In this document: in pieces, positions 30,958 through 40,261 of the stretch
Layout of the letters: each line of letters starts with the position of its first letter
How positions within the stretch are numbered: position 1 is the first letter of the stretch
Origin: Tagaea sp.
GTDB lineage: Bacteria; Pseudomonadota; Alphaproteobacteria; CACIAM-22H2
Assembly: GCA_044224405.1 (NCBI GenBank)
Contig: JBGAKN010000003.1
Coordinates: 213,658-277,657, forward strand
Reading direction: 5' to 3'
DNA length: 64,000 bases
Made by a program: the position numbers and the translations under genes
The notes under the pieces: generated by a model
Told to the model about the DNA's origin: nothing
The model's database searches: none
What the model saw: only the letters and a program-made list of their open reading frames with translations

Positions 30958-31287
30958 ATGAACGAACTCGGCGAGACGCTGAAAAGCCTCGATGCCGTGG
31001 GCCCGGAAAAAGCCCTCGGCGTATTCGTCGCCGCCGTTCGTGCCGCGGTTCCGGACGCGCCCGCTTGCTACTTCGACCTCATGTCGGCCGAAGACGTCGA
31101 GCGCCGCCGCCTGCAGCGCCAGTGCGAGACCCATTTCAAGTCGTTGCCGCTTTCCGTGCGCGAAGTCATCCGGCGCGAAGCCATCGTCAAGGCACAGGAG
31201 ATCGTCCAGAGCCCGTTCGAGCGGCTCGCCGCGTCGATGACCTCGTCGATGGAAGACACGAGCCTCGACGATCTCTTCCCGAAGTGA
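30958..31287 (+). CDS. hypothetical protein (~109 aa)
   Basis: Open frame with host-like codon use; no recognisable motif. Confidence 0.6.
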   Translation: MNELGETLKSLDAVGPEKALGVFVAAVRAAVPDAPACYFDLMSAEDVERRRLQRQCETHFKSLPLSVREVIRREAIVKAQEIVQSPFERLAASMTSSMEDTSLDDLFPK

Positions 31288-31313
31288 AGCCGCCTCGACG
31301 GCGGCACGGCGCT

Positions 31314-31390
31314 TGGCGAGCCCAGCTGGATTCGAACCAGCGACCTACAGCTTAGAAGGCTGTTGCTCTATCCAGCTGAGCTATGGGCCC
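31314..31390 (-). tRNA. tRNA-Arg(TCT)
   Basis: GGGCCCATAGCTCAGCTGGATAGAGC, anticodon loop CTTCTAA, GGTTCGAATCC, encoded CCA. Confidence 0.95.
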
Positions 31391-31404
31391 GTCCGGCGCG
31401 CGGA

Positions 31405-31704
31405 TCAACGGATCCGGTCGAACTTGAAATTGTCGGCATAGGCCTTGGGTCTGACGCGAACGGCGTGCGGAACGCCGACCTCGTAGGCGATGCCGTGCCG
31501 GTCGGCATAGGCGATGGCCTCGGCCTGACTGGCGAAGCGCAACTGCAATTGGCCTTGCGTGTCGGACGAGCCCGCCCACCCCATCAGCGGATCTGGCCGT
31601 TTGGCGGCAGCCGGCTCGAATTCCAGGACCCACGCCTTGCTCTTGGCATGGCCGGACTGCATGGCCGTCTTGGTCGGCTTGAAAATGCGGGCGGGCTTGT
31701 TCAT
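31405..31704 (-). CDS. ETC complex I subunit (NDUFS4-like)
   Basis: ARIFKPTKTAMQSG, DPLMGWAGSSDT, KAYADNF. Confidence 0.9.
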   Translation of the reverse strand: MNKPARIFKPTKTAMQSGHAKSKAWVLEFEPAAAKRPDPLMGWAGSSDTQGQLQLRFASQAEAIAYADRHGIAYEVGVPHAVRVRPKAYADNFKFDRIR

Positions 31705-31787
31705 CGGCGCGAAATCTCCGTCAGGTGCCCGGACTTTAGCACCGATTCCGGAGCCCGCGAAACTCCCCTCGCCCGCCCCCGACGAGG

Positions 31788-33152
31788 TCATTCCGCGCCG
31801 AGTTGGACGGCCTCGCCGGCCACCGGCACGGTGCAGGCCCAGCCAAAACGCCGCGCGATCTCCGCCCGAAGCGCCTCGGCGGCGACGGGCTCGCCATGCG
31901 TGACGAAGCAACGTGCCGGCGCGGTCCTGAATTTCGAAAGCCAGTCGAGGATCTCCTCGCGATCCGCGTGCGCGGAGAGCATGTCGAGATTGTCAACCTC
32001 CGCGGCGATCGATACCTGGCCACCGTGGATCTTGACGCTGCGCGCACCGGCCACCATCGCGGCGCCGCGCGTGCCGGCAGCCTGGAAGCCTGCGAACAGG
32101 ATTGTGTTGGCGGGGTCCGGCCCCAGCGACTTCAGGTGATGCAGCACCCGGCCGCCGGTCGCCATGCCACTTGCCGACAGGATGATGCGCGGCACATTGC
32201 TTTCGCCGACGCGCTTCGATTCCTCCACGCTATCGACATAGCGCGCCATGCCGGCGAGCGCGTCGCATTCGCCCGCGTTGAGCCGGTGGGAGCCGAGATG
32301 GTTGGCAAACACCTTGCTCGCGGCCGTCGCCATCGGGCTGTCGACAAAGACCGGCAGGTCCGGAATCCGTCTGGCCAGCTTCAGCTGCCGGATATGGAAC
32401 AGCAGCGTCTGCACGCGGCCGACGGCAAATGTCGGGATCAGCACGCTGCCGCCGCGCCGCGCGGTGCGCACGACGATATCGGCCAGCACGTCCTCCGGAC
32501 TTGTCGTGGCGTGGACCCGGTCGCCGTAAGTGGACTCGACCACGATATGGTCGGCAGACGTGACGGTGGCGGGGTCGAGCATCGTCGGGCTGTGCGGACG
32601 GCCGAGATCGCCGGAGAACAGGATCGTCCGCCCGCCCACGGTGAGTTCCACCATCGCCGCGCCGAGAATGTGGCCGGCGATCCGCAACCTCGCCGAAATC
32701 CCGGGGACCACATCGAAGCTGCGATCGACGCGCTGCGTCTCGAACCGGTCGAGGCTCGCGATCGCCTCGGCGGCCGTATAGAGCGGCAGCGCCGGATGGT
32801 GCTTCGAGAAGCCGTGGCGGTTGGCGTACTCGGCTTCCTTCTCCTGGAGATATCCGCTGTCGGGAAGAAGGATGGCGCACAGGTCGCGCGTCCCGGACGT
32901 GCAGAAGACCGGCCCGCGGAACCCGTTCCGCACGAGCAGTGGCACGTAACCCGAATGATCGAGATGCGCGTGCGTCAGGATGACGGCATCGATGCGTGCC
33001 GGATCGACGGGGAACCGCGCCCTGTTCAGCAGACGCAGTTCCTTCAGTCCCTGGAACAGGCCGCAATCGACGAGCACGCGACGCCCGGCCGCTTCGACGA
33101 GGTACTTCGAGCCGGTGACCGTCCCGGCACCTCCGAGAAATGTAAGACGCAC
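31788..33152 (-). CDS. MBL-fold/beta-CASP metallo-hydrolase (RNA-processing type)
   Basis: LGGAGTVTGS, THAHLDHSG, GHILG, ESTYG, SASGMATGGRV, LSAHAD. Confidence 0.9.
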   Translation of the reverse strand: MRLTFLGGAGTVTGSKYLVEAAGRRVLVDCGLFQGLKELRLLNRARFPVDPARIDAVILTHAHLDHSGYVPLLVRNGFRGPVFCTSGTRDLCAILLPDSGYLQEKEAEYANRHGFSKHHPALPLYTAAEAIASLDRFETQRVDRSFDVVPGISARLRIAGHILGAAMVELTVGGRTILFSGDLGRPHSPTMLDPATVTSADHIVVESTYGDRVHATTSPEDVLADIVVRTARRGGSVLIPTFAVGRVQTLLFHIRQLKLARRIPDLPVFVDSPMATAASKVFANHLGSHRLNAGECDALAGMARYVDSVEESKRVGESNVPRIILSASGMATGGRVLHHLKSLGPDPANTILFAGFQAAGTRGAAMVAGARSVKIHGGQVSIAAEVDNLDMLSAHADREEILDWLSKFRTAPARCFVTHGEPVAAEALRAEIARRFGWACTVPVAGEAVQLGAE

Positions 33153-33159
33153 GGCGCGA

Positions 33160-34182
33160 TCAGCGCTTTTCGTTCAGCATCGGGAAACCGCGCTGGTGCC
33201 AGACCGGATAGGCCGGAGTCACGTCGCTCGCGGCATCGAGGGCTGCACGATGTTCGCTCGAAAGGGTCCAGCCCACCGCCCCTAGATTCTCGACCAGCTG
33301 CTTCTCGTCGCGTGCGCCAATGATCAGCGTCGATACGGTCTTTTGCTGCAACAGCCAGTTCAGCGCGATCTGCGGGATCGTCTTGCCCGTGGCCTTGGAC
33401 ACGGCATCCAGCGCATCGACGATGCGGTAAAGCCGTTCCGCCTCGAATTTGGGTCCGGTTTCCGGAATCTGCGCGGCGCGCGTGCCTGCCGGGGCAGGCT
33501 GGCCACGGCGGATGCGGCCTGTAAGCTTGCCCCAGCCGAGCGGGCTCCAGACGACGGCGCCAACGCCCTGGTCGACGCCCAGCGGCATCAGCTCCCATTC
33601 GTAGTCGCGGTTCAGCAGCGAATAGTACGCCTGGTGCGCGACATGGCGGGGATAGCCGTAGCGATCGGAAACCGACAGCGACTTCATCAGGTGCCATCCC
33701 GAGAAGTTCGAGCAGCCGATGTAGCGGATCTTGCCCGCTTTCACGAAGCCGTCGAGCGTTTCGAGCGTCTCCTCGACCGGCGTGTTGTAATCCTGCCCGT
33801 GCAGCTGGAAAAGATCGATGTGATCCACGGCCAGCCGCTTCAACGCCTTGTCGACAGCCTCTGTCAGATACTGGCGCGACGAGCCGTAGTCGTTCGGTCC
33901 CGGACCGGTCGGAAAGGTCGCCTTGGTGGAGATCAGCACGCGCTCGCGCTTGCCCTTGATCGCCTGTCCGAGGATCGTCTCGGCAAGGCCGGCCGAATAT
34001 CCCGACGCGCTGTCAAACATCGAAACGCCGTGGTCGAGGCAGATGTCGATCAGGCGCGAGGCACCCGCCGCGTCGGTCGATCCCCAGGCCTTGAAGAAGT
34101 CATTCCCGCCGCCGAACGTGCCGGTGCCGAAGCTGAGGGCGGGCACGCGAAGGCCCGAATGTCCGAGGCGGCGATATTCCAT
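33160..34182 (-). CDS. aldo/keto reductase
   Basis: MEYRRLGHSG, FDSASGYS, STKA, DHIDLFQLH, GCSNF, WSPLG. Confidence 0.9.
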   Translation of the reverse strand: MEYRRLGHSGLRVPALSFGTGTFGGGNDFFKAWGSTDAAGASRLIDICLDHGVSMFDSASGYSAGLAETILGQAIKGKRERVLISTKATFPTGPGPNDYGSSRQYLTEAVDKALKRLAVDHIDLFQLHGQDYNTPVEETLETLDGFVKAGKIRYIGCSNFSGWHLMKSLSVSDRYGYPRHVAHQAYYSLLNRDYEWELMPLGVDQGVGAVVWSPLGWGKLTGRIRRGQPAPAGTRAAQIPETGPKFEAERLYRIVDALDAVSKATGKTIPQIALNWLLQQKTVSTLIIGARDEKQLVENLGAVGWTLSSEHRAALDAASDVTPAYPVWHQRGFPMLNEKR

Positions 34183-34367
34183 TTGATGCGGCTCCTGCGA
34201 TGCGGTCGGTGCCAGACGCACCTTCCGTTCTCTCCTGTTTAAGTCGGTGAAATCCCCTTCGCAAGGGCAAGCGGCCGTTCCCTGTACTCGATCCGCGCGA
34301 TCTGCTTCGCTATGATCGGCCGCGAATTGCGGTGCCGCAGGAACCCGAACGCCGGAAAAAGAAAAAC

Positions 34368-35204
34368 ATGACCGCACGGACGAAACCCAGACTGATCGCG
34401 CCGGCCGACGCCTGCGACTGCCATATCCATGCCTACGACAAGGTTTATCCGACAGCCGCGACAGCAGTCGTGCGCACGCCGGAATGGGCGACGGCCGACG
34501 CCTATCGCGGCGTGCGGTCGCGTCTCGGCACGTCGCGCGCGGTCGTTGTCCAGCCGACGGCCTATGGAACCGACAACCGGTGCACGCTCGCGGCGATCGA
34601 ATACCTGGGGTCGGCGAACACGCGCGGCGTAGCAGTCATCCCGCCGGAAATCACCGAAGCCGAGATCGAAGCATTGACGAAGGCCGGCATCCGCGGCGCG
34701 CGATTCCAGATGCTTCCCGGCGGCGTGCTGCCGTGGGAAGCGCTCGAACCCATCGCGGCGCGCATCGCGCCGTTCGGCTGGCATGCGCAGATCCAGTTGG
34801 ACGGACGCCTGATGCCCGAGCGCGAGGCGCAGATCGCCCGGCTTCCCTGCCCCGTCGTCATCGACCATGTCGGGAAATTCCTGAAGCCCGTCCCCGTCGA
34901 TCACCCGGGCGTGAAAAGCCTGCTGCGCCTGCTCGACAACGGACGGACATGGCTGAAACTGGCGGCACCTTACGAGGTTTCGCTCGCCGGCCCGCCGCTC
35001 TATCCCGATGTCGGCGCGATCGCGAAGGTCGCGGCGAAGGCCGCGCCCGAGCGGATGCTGTGGGCCAGCAACTGGCCGCATGTATCGGTTACGGACCTGC
35101 CCGACGACGCGATGCTGCTGGACCTGCTGCTGGACTGGGTGCCCGACGAGCGGGCGCGCGCACTGGCCCTCGTCGACAATCCCGCGAAGGTCTACGGGTT
35201 CTGA
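34368..35204 (+). CDS. amidohydrolase family (2-pyrone-dicarboxylate lactonase-like)
   Basis: ACDCHIH, VVVQPTAYGTDN, GIRGARF, VIDHVG, LWASNWPH. Confidence 0.85.
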   Translation: MTARTKPRLIAPADACDCHIHAYDKVYPTAATAVVRTPEWATADAYRGVRSRLGTSRAVVVQPTAYGTDNRCTLAAIEYLGSANTRGVAVIPPEITEAEIEALTKAGIRGARFQMLPGGVLPWEALEPIAARIAPFGWHAQIQLDGRLMPEREAQIARLPCPVVIDHVGKFLKPVPVDHPGVKSLLRLLDNGRTWLKLAAPYEVSLAGPPLYPDVGAIAKVAAKAAPERMLWASNWPHVSVTDLPDDAMLLDLLLDWVPDERARALALVDNPAKVYGF

Positions 35205-35220
35205 CTTGGATCGATACCGG

Positions 35221-35294
35221 TCGGAGCGGAGGGATTCGAACTCTCGACATCCAGCTCCCAAAGCTGGCGCTCTACCAGGCTGAGCTACGCTCCG
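35221..35294 (-). tRNA. tRNA-Pro(TGG), CCA not encoded
   Basis: CGGAGCGTAGCTCAGCCTGGTAGAGC, CCAGC-TTTGGGA-GCTGG, GTTCGAATC; followed by CCG. Confidence 0.9.
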
Positions 35295-35378
35295 GACCGG
35301 CTTTTGAAGGCGACGCCTGCCTTCGCGCGATGTGATACACGAAGGTTGCCCATCCCGGCAACCTGAAGGATTCCAACG

Positions 35379-36041
35379 ATGTCGCGCGGCAGTTTCGGCG
35401 TTCCCGCAGAATTGCGGGCTTATATACAGTCCGTCTCGCTGCGCGAGAGCCAAATCCAGGCCCGCCTGCGCGCCGAGACGGCAAAGCTGCCGCAGGGTGG
35501 CATGCAGATCAGCCCCGAGCAGGGCCAGCTGATGGCCCTTCTTGCCCGCCTGATCGACGCAAAGCTCTATCTCGAAATCGGAACCTTCACCGGCTACAGC
35601 GCGCTCAGCGTCGTGCAGGCCCTGCCCGCCGACGGACGGGCGATCTGCTGCGACGTCTCCGAAGAATGGACATCGATGGCCAGGCGCTTCTGGAAGGAAG
35701 CCGGCATTGCCGACCGGATCGACCTGCGCATCGCGCCGGCGCTGGAGACACTCGACAAGCTGCTGGCCGACGGGTTCGAAGGCAAGGTCGATCTCGCCTT
35801 CGTCGATGCCGACAAGACCGGCTACGACGCGTATGTCGAGCGCATCGCGCGCCTGCTGCGTCCGAACGGGCTGCTGCTGATCGACAACGTGCTGTGGGGC
35901 GGCAAGGTCGCCGATCCGTCCGCGACAAGTGCCGACACGCAGGCGCTGCGCGCGTTGAACCTGAAAATGAAGGACGATCCGCGCTTCGACATCTCGATGC
36001 TGACCGTCGGCGACGGCCTGACGCTGGCGCGCAAGCGCTAG
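35379..36041 (+). CDS. class I SAM-dependent O-methyltransferase (caffeoyl-CoA OMT-like)
   Basis: MQISPEQGQ, EIGTFTGYS, FVDADK, IDNVLWGG. Confidence 0.9.
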   Translation: MSRGSFGVPAELRAYIQSVSLRESQIQARLRAETAKLPQGGMQISPEQGQLMALLARLIDAKLYLEIGTFTGYSALSVVQALPADGRAICCDVSEEWTSMARRFWKEAGIADRIDLRIAPALETLDKLLADGFEGKVDLAFVDADKTGYDAYVERIARLLRPNGLLLIDNVLWGGKVADPSATSADTQALRALNLKMKDDPRFDISMLTVGDGLTLARKR

Positions 36042-36042
36042 G

Positions 36043-36510
36043 CTAGCGGAACATCGGGTGGACGAGCCTGTCGCCCACCTTGAGGCCGAGCCGGCCGACC
36101 GTCCCGCCGTTGAGTTCGACGACCGCGCGCACCGGTTCTTCCGACGATATGATCGCTTCGGAAAGCGGCACCGCACGCTCCTGGATATGGCGCACCACGC
36201 CTTCGCGGTCGGCGAACAGCATGTCGAGCGGAATGAGCGTGTTGCGCATCCACATCGAGACGGGCGCGTCGCGCTTGAAATCGAACAGCATGCCGGCATC
36301 GACCGCCATCTGCCGGCGGTACATGAGGCCCACCGTGCGCCGCTCGTCGTTGTCGGCGAACTCGACGGTGAATTTGTGCTTCTTGCCGCCGCTTTCGATC
36401 GTGAGGTCCGATTTCTCGAACTTGACGTTGGGCGCCTGCGCCGCTGCCGGCGCCGCGGCCGCCGCCAATGCGAATGCCAGAAAGTTCCGTCGCGTCGTCA
36501 TCGTCGTCAT
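36043..36510 (-). CDS. DUF192 domain protein with Tat-like signal
   Basis: TRRNFL signal; VEFA, GLMYR, GMLF, MWMRNTLIPLDMLF, VVELNGG. Confidence 0.88.
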   Translation of the reverse strand: MTTMTTRRNFLAFALAAAAAPAAAQAPNVKFEKSDLTIESGGKKHKFTVEFADNDERRTVGLMYRRQMAVDAGMLFDFKRDAPVSMWMRNTLIPLDMLFADREGVVRHIQERAVPLSEAIISSEEPVRAVVELNGGTVGRLGLKVGDRLVHPMFR

Positions 36511-36514
36511 CGCC

Positions 36515-37621
36515 TCATGCCGCCCGTCTCGCAAGGTCCGTTATCTCGGCTCGGATCGGTCCCGACGCGGGCGCATCGCGCAGCGTCGTGAACCATTCTT
36601 CGGGCCTGATTTGATCCTTTCGCCGGTGCCAGTGCAAGGGGCGCAGGACCGCCTCGGCGGCTGCGGGAAGCCGTTCTGGGATTTCGAACCCGTTGAGCGT
36701 GGCCCACATGCCGGCCCAGGCGCGCGCCACGCTCCACGGATTGTAGCCGCCGCCGCCGGTTATCAACATCGGCAGGCCCAGCGCCTTGAGCGTCGCGGCC
36801 GCCCGCCACAGCGCATTGTTCGACAGCGACAGATTCGACAACGGATCGTCCGCCAGCGCGTCAGCTCCGCCCTGGACAACGAGCGCACCGGCATCGAACG
36901 CCGCGACGCGCGGCAGAACGACCTCGTCGAGCAGGAGCGCGAACTCGTCGTCGTTGAGCCCGGACGGTACCGGCAGGTTCACGCGCGTGGCGGCGACTTG
37001 CGCGTCGAAGGCGCCGGTGTGCGGCCAGCGGCCCTGTTCGTGGATCGAGGCAATCAGCACGCGCGGATCGTCGCCCAGCGCAGCTTCGACGCCATCGCAG
37101 TGATGCGCGTCGATATCGACATAGGCCACGCGCGCGACGCCGCGATCAAGCAGACGAAGGATCGCCAGAACCGGATCGTTGAGATAGCAGAAGCCGCTGG
37201 CCGCCGCGCGCTGCCCGTGATGCGTGCCGCCGGCCGGCGAATAGACGGTCCGCGCCTGCCCGCCCGCCAGCATCTCGGCCGCCAGCAGCGACGCGCCGCA
37301 GGCCGTGGCCGGGCGGCGGAAGATCTCGCCGAAGACCGGATTGCCGCCGCGGCCGATATTGAAGCGTTCGGAGGCGGCATCGTCGATCGCCTGCGCCGTT
37401 TCCGCGGCCTGAAGGGCGGCCACATATTCGGGCGCGTGGAAACGGGTCAGCTCGTCGGGCGTCGCGGTCGGGCTGTCGATATAGACCGCATCCGGCAGCC
37501 AGCCGAGCGCCCGGCACAAATCGATGCAGGTCGACACGCGCGGGATCGCCAGCGGGTGGTTCGAACCGTAGCGCGAACGCCGATAGATCTCCGAGCCGAT
37601 GAAGCGGGGCCGATGCGGCAT
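36515..37621 (-). CDS. acuC: AcuC-like class I histone-deacetylase-family amidohydrolase
   Basis: HPLAIPR, GGTHH, SGFCYLND, DIDAHHCDGV, QGGADALADDPL, GGGGY. Confidence 0.85.
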   Translation of the reverse strand: MPHRPRFIGSEIYRRSRYGSNHPLAIPRVSTCIDLCRALGWLPDAVYIDSPTATPDELTRFHAPEYVAALQAAETAQAIDDAASERFNIGRGGNPVFGEIFRRPATACGASLLAAEMLAGGQARTVYSPAGGTHHGQRAAASGFCYLNDPVLAILRLLDRGVARVAYVDIDAHHCDGVEAALGDDPRVLIASIHEQGRWPHTGAFDAQVAATRVNLPVPSGLNDDEFALLLDEVVLPRVAAFDAGALVVQGGADALADDPLSNLSLSNNALWRAAATLKALGLPMLITGGGGYNPWSVARAWAGMWATLNGFEIPERLPAAAEAVLRPLHWHRRKDQIRPEEWFTTLRDAPASGPIRAEITDLARRAA

Positions 37622-37679
37622 GGGAACGAGTTAGTGCCGCTTGCCTTCCCCGTCAACGTGGCGCTATAGGAAGGGTGTT

Positions 37680-37757
37680 CGCACGGGGTGCCGGCAATGT
37701 GCCGGCTGAGATCACACCCGAGAACCTGATCCGGTTCGTACCGGCGTAGGGATGCGC
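37680..37757 (+). promoter_or_regulatory. TPP riboswitch (THI element)
   Basis: GGGGTG...GCTGAGA...ACCC..GAACCTGATCCGGTTCGTACCGGCGTAGGGA matches the THI-box consensus; abuts the TTG start of the ABC operon. Confidence 0.93.
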
Positions 37758-37759
37758 AA

Positions 37760-38518
37760 TTGAAGCCCGTCACCGCCCTTTCCGTCTTCGACGTCGATAT
37801 CCGTGCCGCCGGCGTTTCGTTCGACGGCGTCGCGCTATTCGACGGGCTCGACCTGCATCTGCCGGCCGGACGCACGCTATGCCTGCTCGGTCCCTCGGGC
37901 GTGGGCAAGAGCACGCTGCTGCGGCTGGTCGCGGGCCTTGCACCTGCGGCGGCCGGCACGCGAATTTCGGCGAGCGACGGCAAGCCGCTCGACGGGCGCA
38001 TCGCCTGGATGGCGCAGCAGGATCTGCTCTGCCCCTGGCTCGATGCGACAGGCAACGTGCTGCTCGGCAGCCGGCTGCGCGGCACGCCGCCGGACAGGAC
38101 GCGGGCGGAAGCCTTGCTCGACGCGGTCGGCCTTGCCGACAAGCGCACGGCCCTGCCGGCCACGCTTTCCGGCGGCCAGCGCCAGCGCGTGGCGCTGGCG
38201 CGCACGCTGATGGAAGACCGGCCGCTGGTTCTGATGGACGAACCCTTCGGGGCGCTCGACACGATCACGCGCTGGCGCCTGCAGGAACTCGCGGCCCGGC
38301 TGCTCGCCGGGCGCACCGTCGTGCTGGTCACGCACGATCCGCGCGAGGCGCTGCGGCTGGGCGACGAGATCCGCGTGATCTCCGGACAGCCTGCGCGGCT
38401 CGGGCCTTCGCTGCATCCGGCCGGGACCGCACCGCGCGCGCTCGACGATCGGGAGATGCTTGCCCTTGAAACCCGTCTGATCGGCGAGCTCGCGCGCGCC
38501 GATGGCGGTGCCGCATGA
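37760..38518 (+). CDS. thiamine/pyrimidine-precursor ABC transporter ATP-binding protein (ThiZ-like)
   Basis: GPSGVGKST, LSGGQRQRVALAR, MDEPFGALD; downstream of TPP riboswitch. Confidence 0.85.
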   Translation: MKPVTALSVFDVDIRAAGVSFDGVALFDGLDLHLPAGRTLCLLGPSGVGKSTLLRLVAGLAPAAAGTRISASDGKPLDGRIAWMAQQDLLCPWLDATGNVLLGSRLRGTPPDRTRAEALLDAVGLADKRTALPATLSGGQRQRVALARTLMEDRPLVLMDEPFGALDTITRWRLQELAARLLAGRTVVLVTHDPREALRLGDEIRVISGQPARLGPSLHPAGTAPRALDDREMLALETRLIGELARADGGAA

Positions 38519-39270
38519 TGCGCGTTGTCCGCCCGCTGCTGGTGCTCGCCGGCGTGTGCGCGGGCTGGGAGCTGCTCGTGCGCGCCACGGGCGTTCCCCA
38601 CTACATCCTGCCGGGGCCCGTGCGCGTGGCGAACGCGTTGGTCGATCGCGGCGGCTTCATCTTCGAGAACGCGGCGATCACGCTTGTCGAGATGCTGCTC
38701 GGCCTTGCACTCGGCGTGACCTGCGGCGCGGTCTCGGCCCTGCTGCTGGCCCAGTCGCGCGCGGCACGGCGATGGTTCCTGCCGCTGGTGCTGGCCAGCC
38801 AGGCGATCCCGATCTTCGCGATCGCGCCGCTGCTCGTCCTCTGGTTCGGCTTCGGCATCGCGTCGAAGATCGCGGCAGCGGCCCTCATCATCTTTTTTCC
38901 CGTGACGTCGGCCTTCTACGACGGGCTGGTGCGCACCGAACGCGGCTGGCTCGACCTTGCCCATGTGATGGGCGCTTCGCCGTTCCAGATCCTCGTCAGG
39001 CTGCGCCTGCCCGCGGCCCTACCCGCACTCGCCACCGGCATCCGCGTCGCGGCGGCCGTCGCCCCCATCGGCGCGGTCGTCGGCGAATGGGTGGGCGCGT
39101 CTGCCGGGCTCGGCTTCGTGATGCTGCAGTCGAACGCGCAGATGCAGGTCGACCTGCTGTTCGCCGCCCTGATCGTGCTCGCGGGCTTCGCGATCGCCTT
39201 CTATGCCGTCATCGACGCGCTGCTGCGTCGGCTCGTGCCCTGGCAGCCCGTCACCGCCCAGACCGACTGA
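38515..39270 (+). CDS. ABC transporter permease (ThiX-like)
   Basis: SQAIPIFAIAPLL, APIGAVVGEWVG, GLG; NitT/TauT-type. Confidence 0.85.
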   Translation: MMRVVRPLLVLAGVCAGWELLVRATGVPHYILPGPVRVANALVDRGGFIFENAAITLVEMLLGLALGVTCGAVSALLLAQSRAARRWFLPLVLASQAIPIFAIAPLLVLWFGFGIASKIAAAALIIFFPVTSAFYDGLVRTERGWLDLAHVMGASPFQILVRLRLPAALPALATGIRVAAAVAPIGAVVGEWVGASAGLGFVMLQSNAQMQVDLLFAALIVLAGFAIAFYAVIDALLRRLVPWQPVTAQTD

Positions 39271-39291
39271 TCGACCCGGAAGGAACACGCC

Positions 39292-40257
39292 ATGACGATG
39301 ACACGTCGAACCGCCCTCGCCGCCTCGCTCGCCGTCCTCGCCGCACCTGCGCTCGTCCGCACGGCCGCGGCACAGGGCCAGCCCTTCACGCTGCTGCTCG
39401 ACTGGTTCGTCAACCCGAACCACGGTCCGATCATGGCCGCGCAGGAGCTCGGCTATTTCCGTGAAGCCGGGCTCGACATGAAGATCATCCCGCCGGCCGA
39501 TCCGAACGATCCGCCGCGCCTTGTCGCGGCCGGCCGGGGCGACGTCGCCGTCAGCTATCCGCACCTGCAGATCCGCCAGGCCGTCGACGACATCCCGACG
39601 ATGCGCATCGGCGCGCTGATCGATACGCCCCTCTCGACGATCACGGCGCTTGCCGACGGCCCGGTGAAGACGCTGGCCGACCTGCGCGGCCGCAAGATCG
39701 GCTATTCGATCTCGGGCGTGGAAAGCGCCCTGCTGAAGACGATGCTCGGTACGGTCGGCGTCGACATCAAGGACGTGGAACTGGTCAACGTCAATTTCTC
39801 GCTTTCGCCGGCATTGCTTGCGCGCCGCGTCGACGCTGTCATCGGCGCCTTCCGGAACTTCGAGCTCTTCCAGCTCGAGATCGAAGGCTCGAAGGGTCGC
39901 GCCTTCTTCCTCGAGGAGCACGGCGTGCCCACGCACGACGCGCTGACCTTCGCGGCGAACCGCGAACGCGCGCGCGCGGGCGATCCGCGCCTGCGCAAGT
40001 TCCTCGACGCGGTCGAACGCGGCGCCCTCTATTGCACCAACAACCCAGACGAGGCGTGGGGGCTGTTCATCAAGGGCCGCGGCCAACTCGACAACGAACT
40101 GAACCGGCGCGCCTGGAAGGCGAGCGTCCTGCGCTTCGCCCACACGCCGGCGGCCGTGGACAAGGCGCGCGAGCTTCGCTTCGCCCAGTTCCTGCATGCG
40201 AACGGGATCATCCCGCGCGTGCCGCCGGTCGATAGCTTCGTCGCCCAGCTCGTCTGA
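39292..40257 (+). CDS. NMT1/THI5-like substrate-binding protein (ThiY-like), Tat-like signal
   Basis: TRRTALA signal; LLDWFVNPNHGP, GYFREAGL, AFRNFE. Confidence 0.85.
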   Translation: MTMTRRTALAASLAVLAAPALVRTAAAQGQPFTLLLDWFVNPNHGPIMAAQELGYFREAGLDMKIIPPADPNDPPRLVAAGRGDVAVSYPHLQIRQAVDDIPTMRIGALIDTPLSTITALADGPVKTLADLRGRKIGYSISGVESALLKTMLGTVGVDIKDVELVNVNFSLSPALLARRVDAVIGAFRNFELFQLEIEGSKGRAFFLEEHGVPTHDALTFAANRERARAGDPRLRKFLDAVERGALYCTNNPDEAWGLFIKGRGQLDNELNRRAWKASVLRFAHTPAAVDKARELRFAQFLHANGIIPRVPPVDSFVAQLV

Positions 40258-40261
40258 GGGA

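Noticed and set aside
30252-35294. tRNA-anchored genomic island or prophage at tRNA-Arg or tRNA-Pro
   Set aside because: No integrase, no duplicated tRNA 3' end seen, and the intervening genes are ordinary
39292-40257. Binding protein as a THI5-type HMP-P synthase
   Set aside because: It has an export signal, lies in an ABC operon and lacks the Lys/His motif of THI5 synthases
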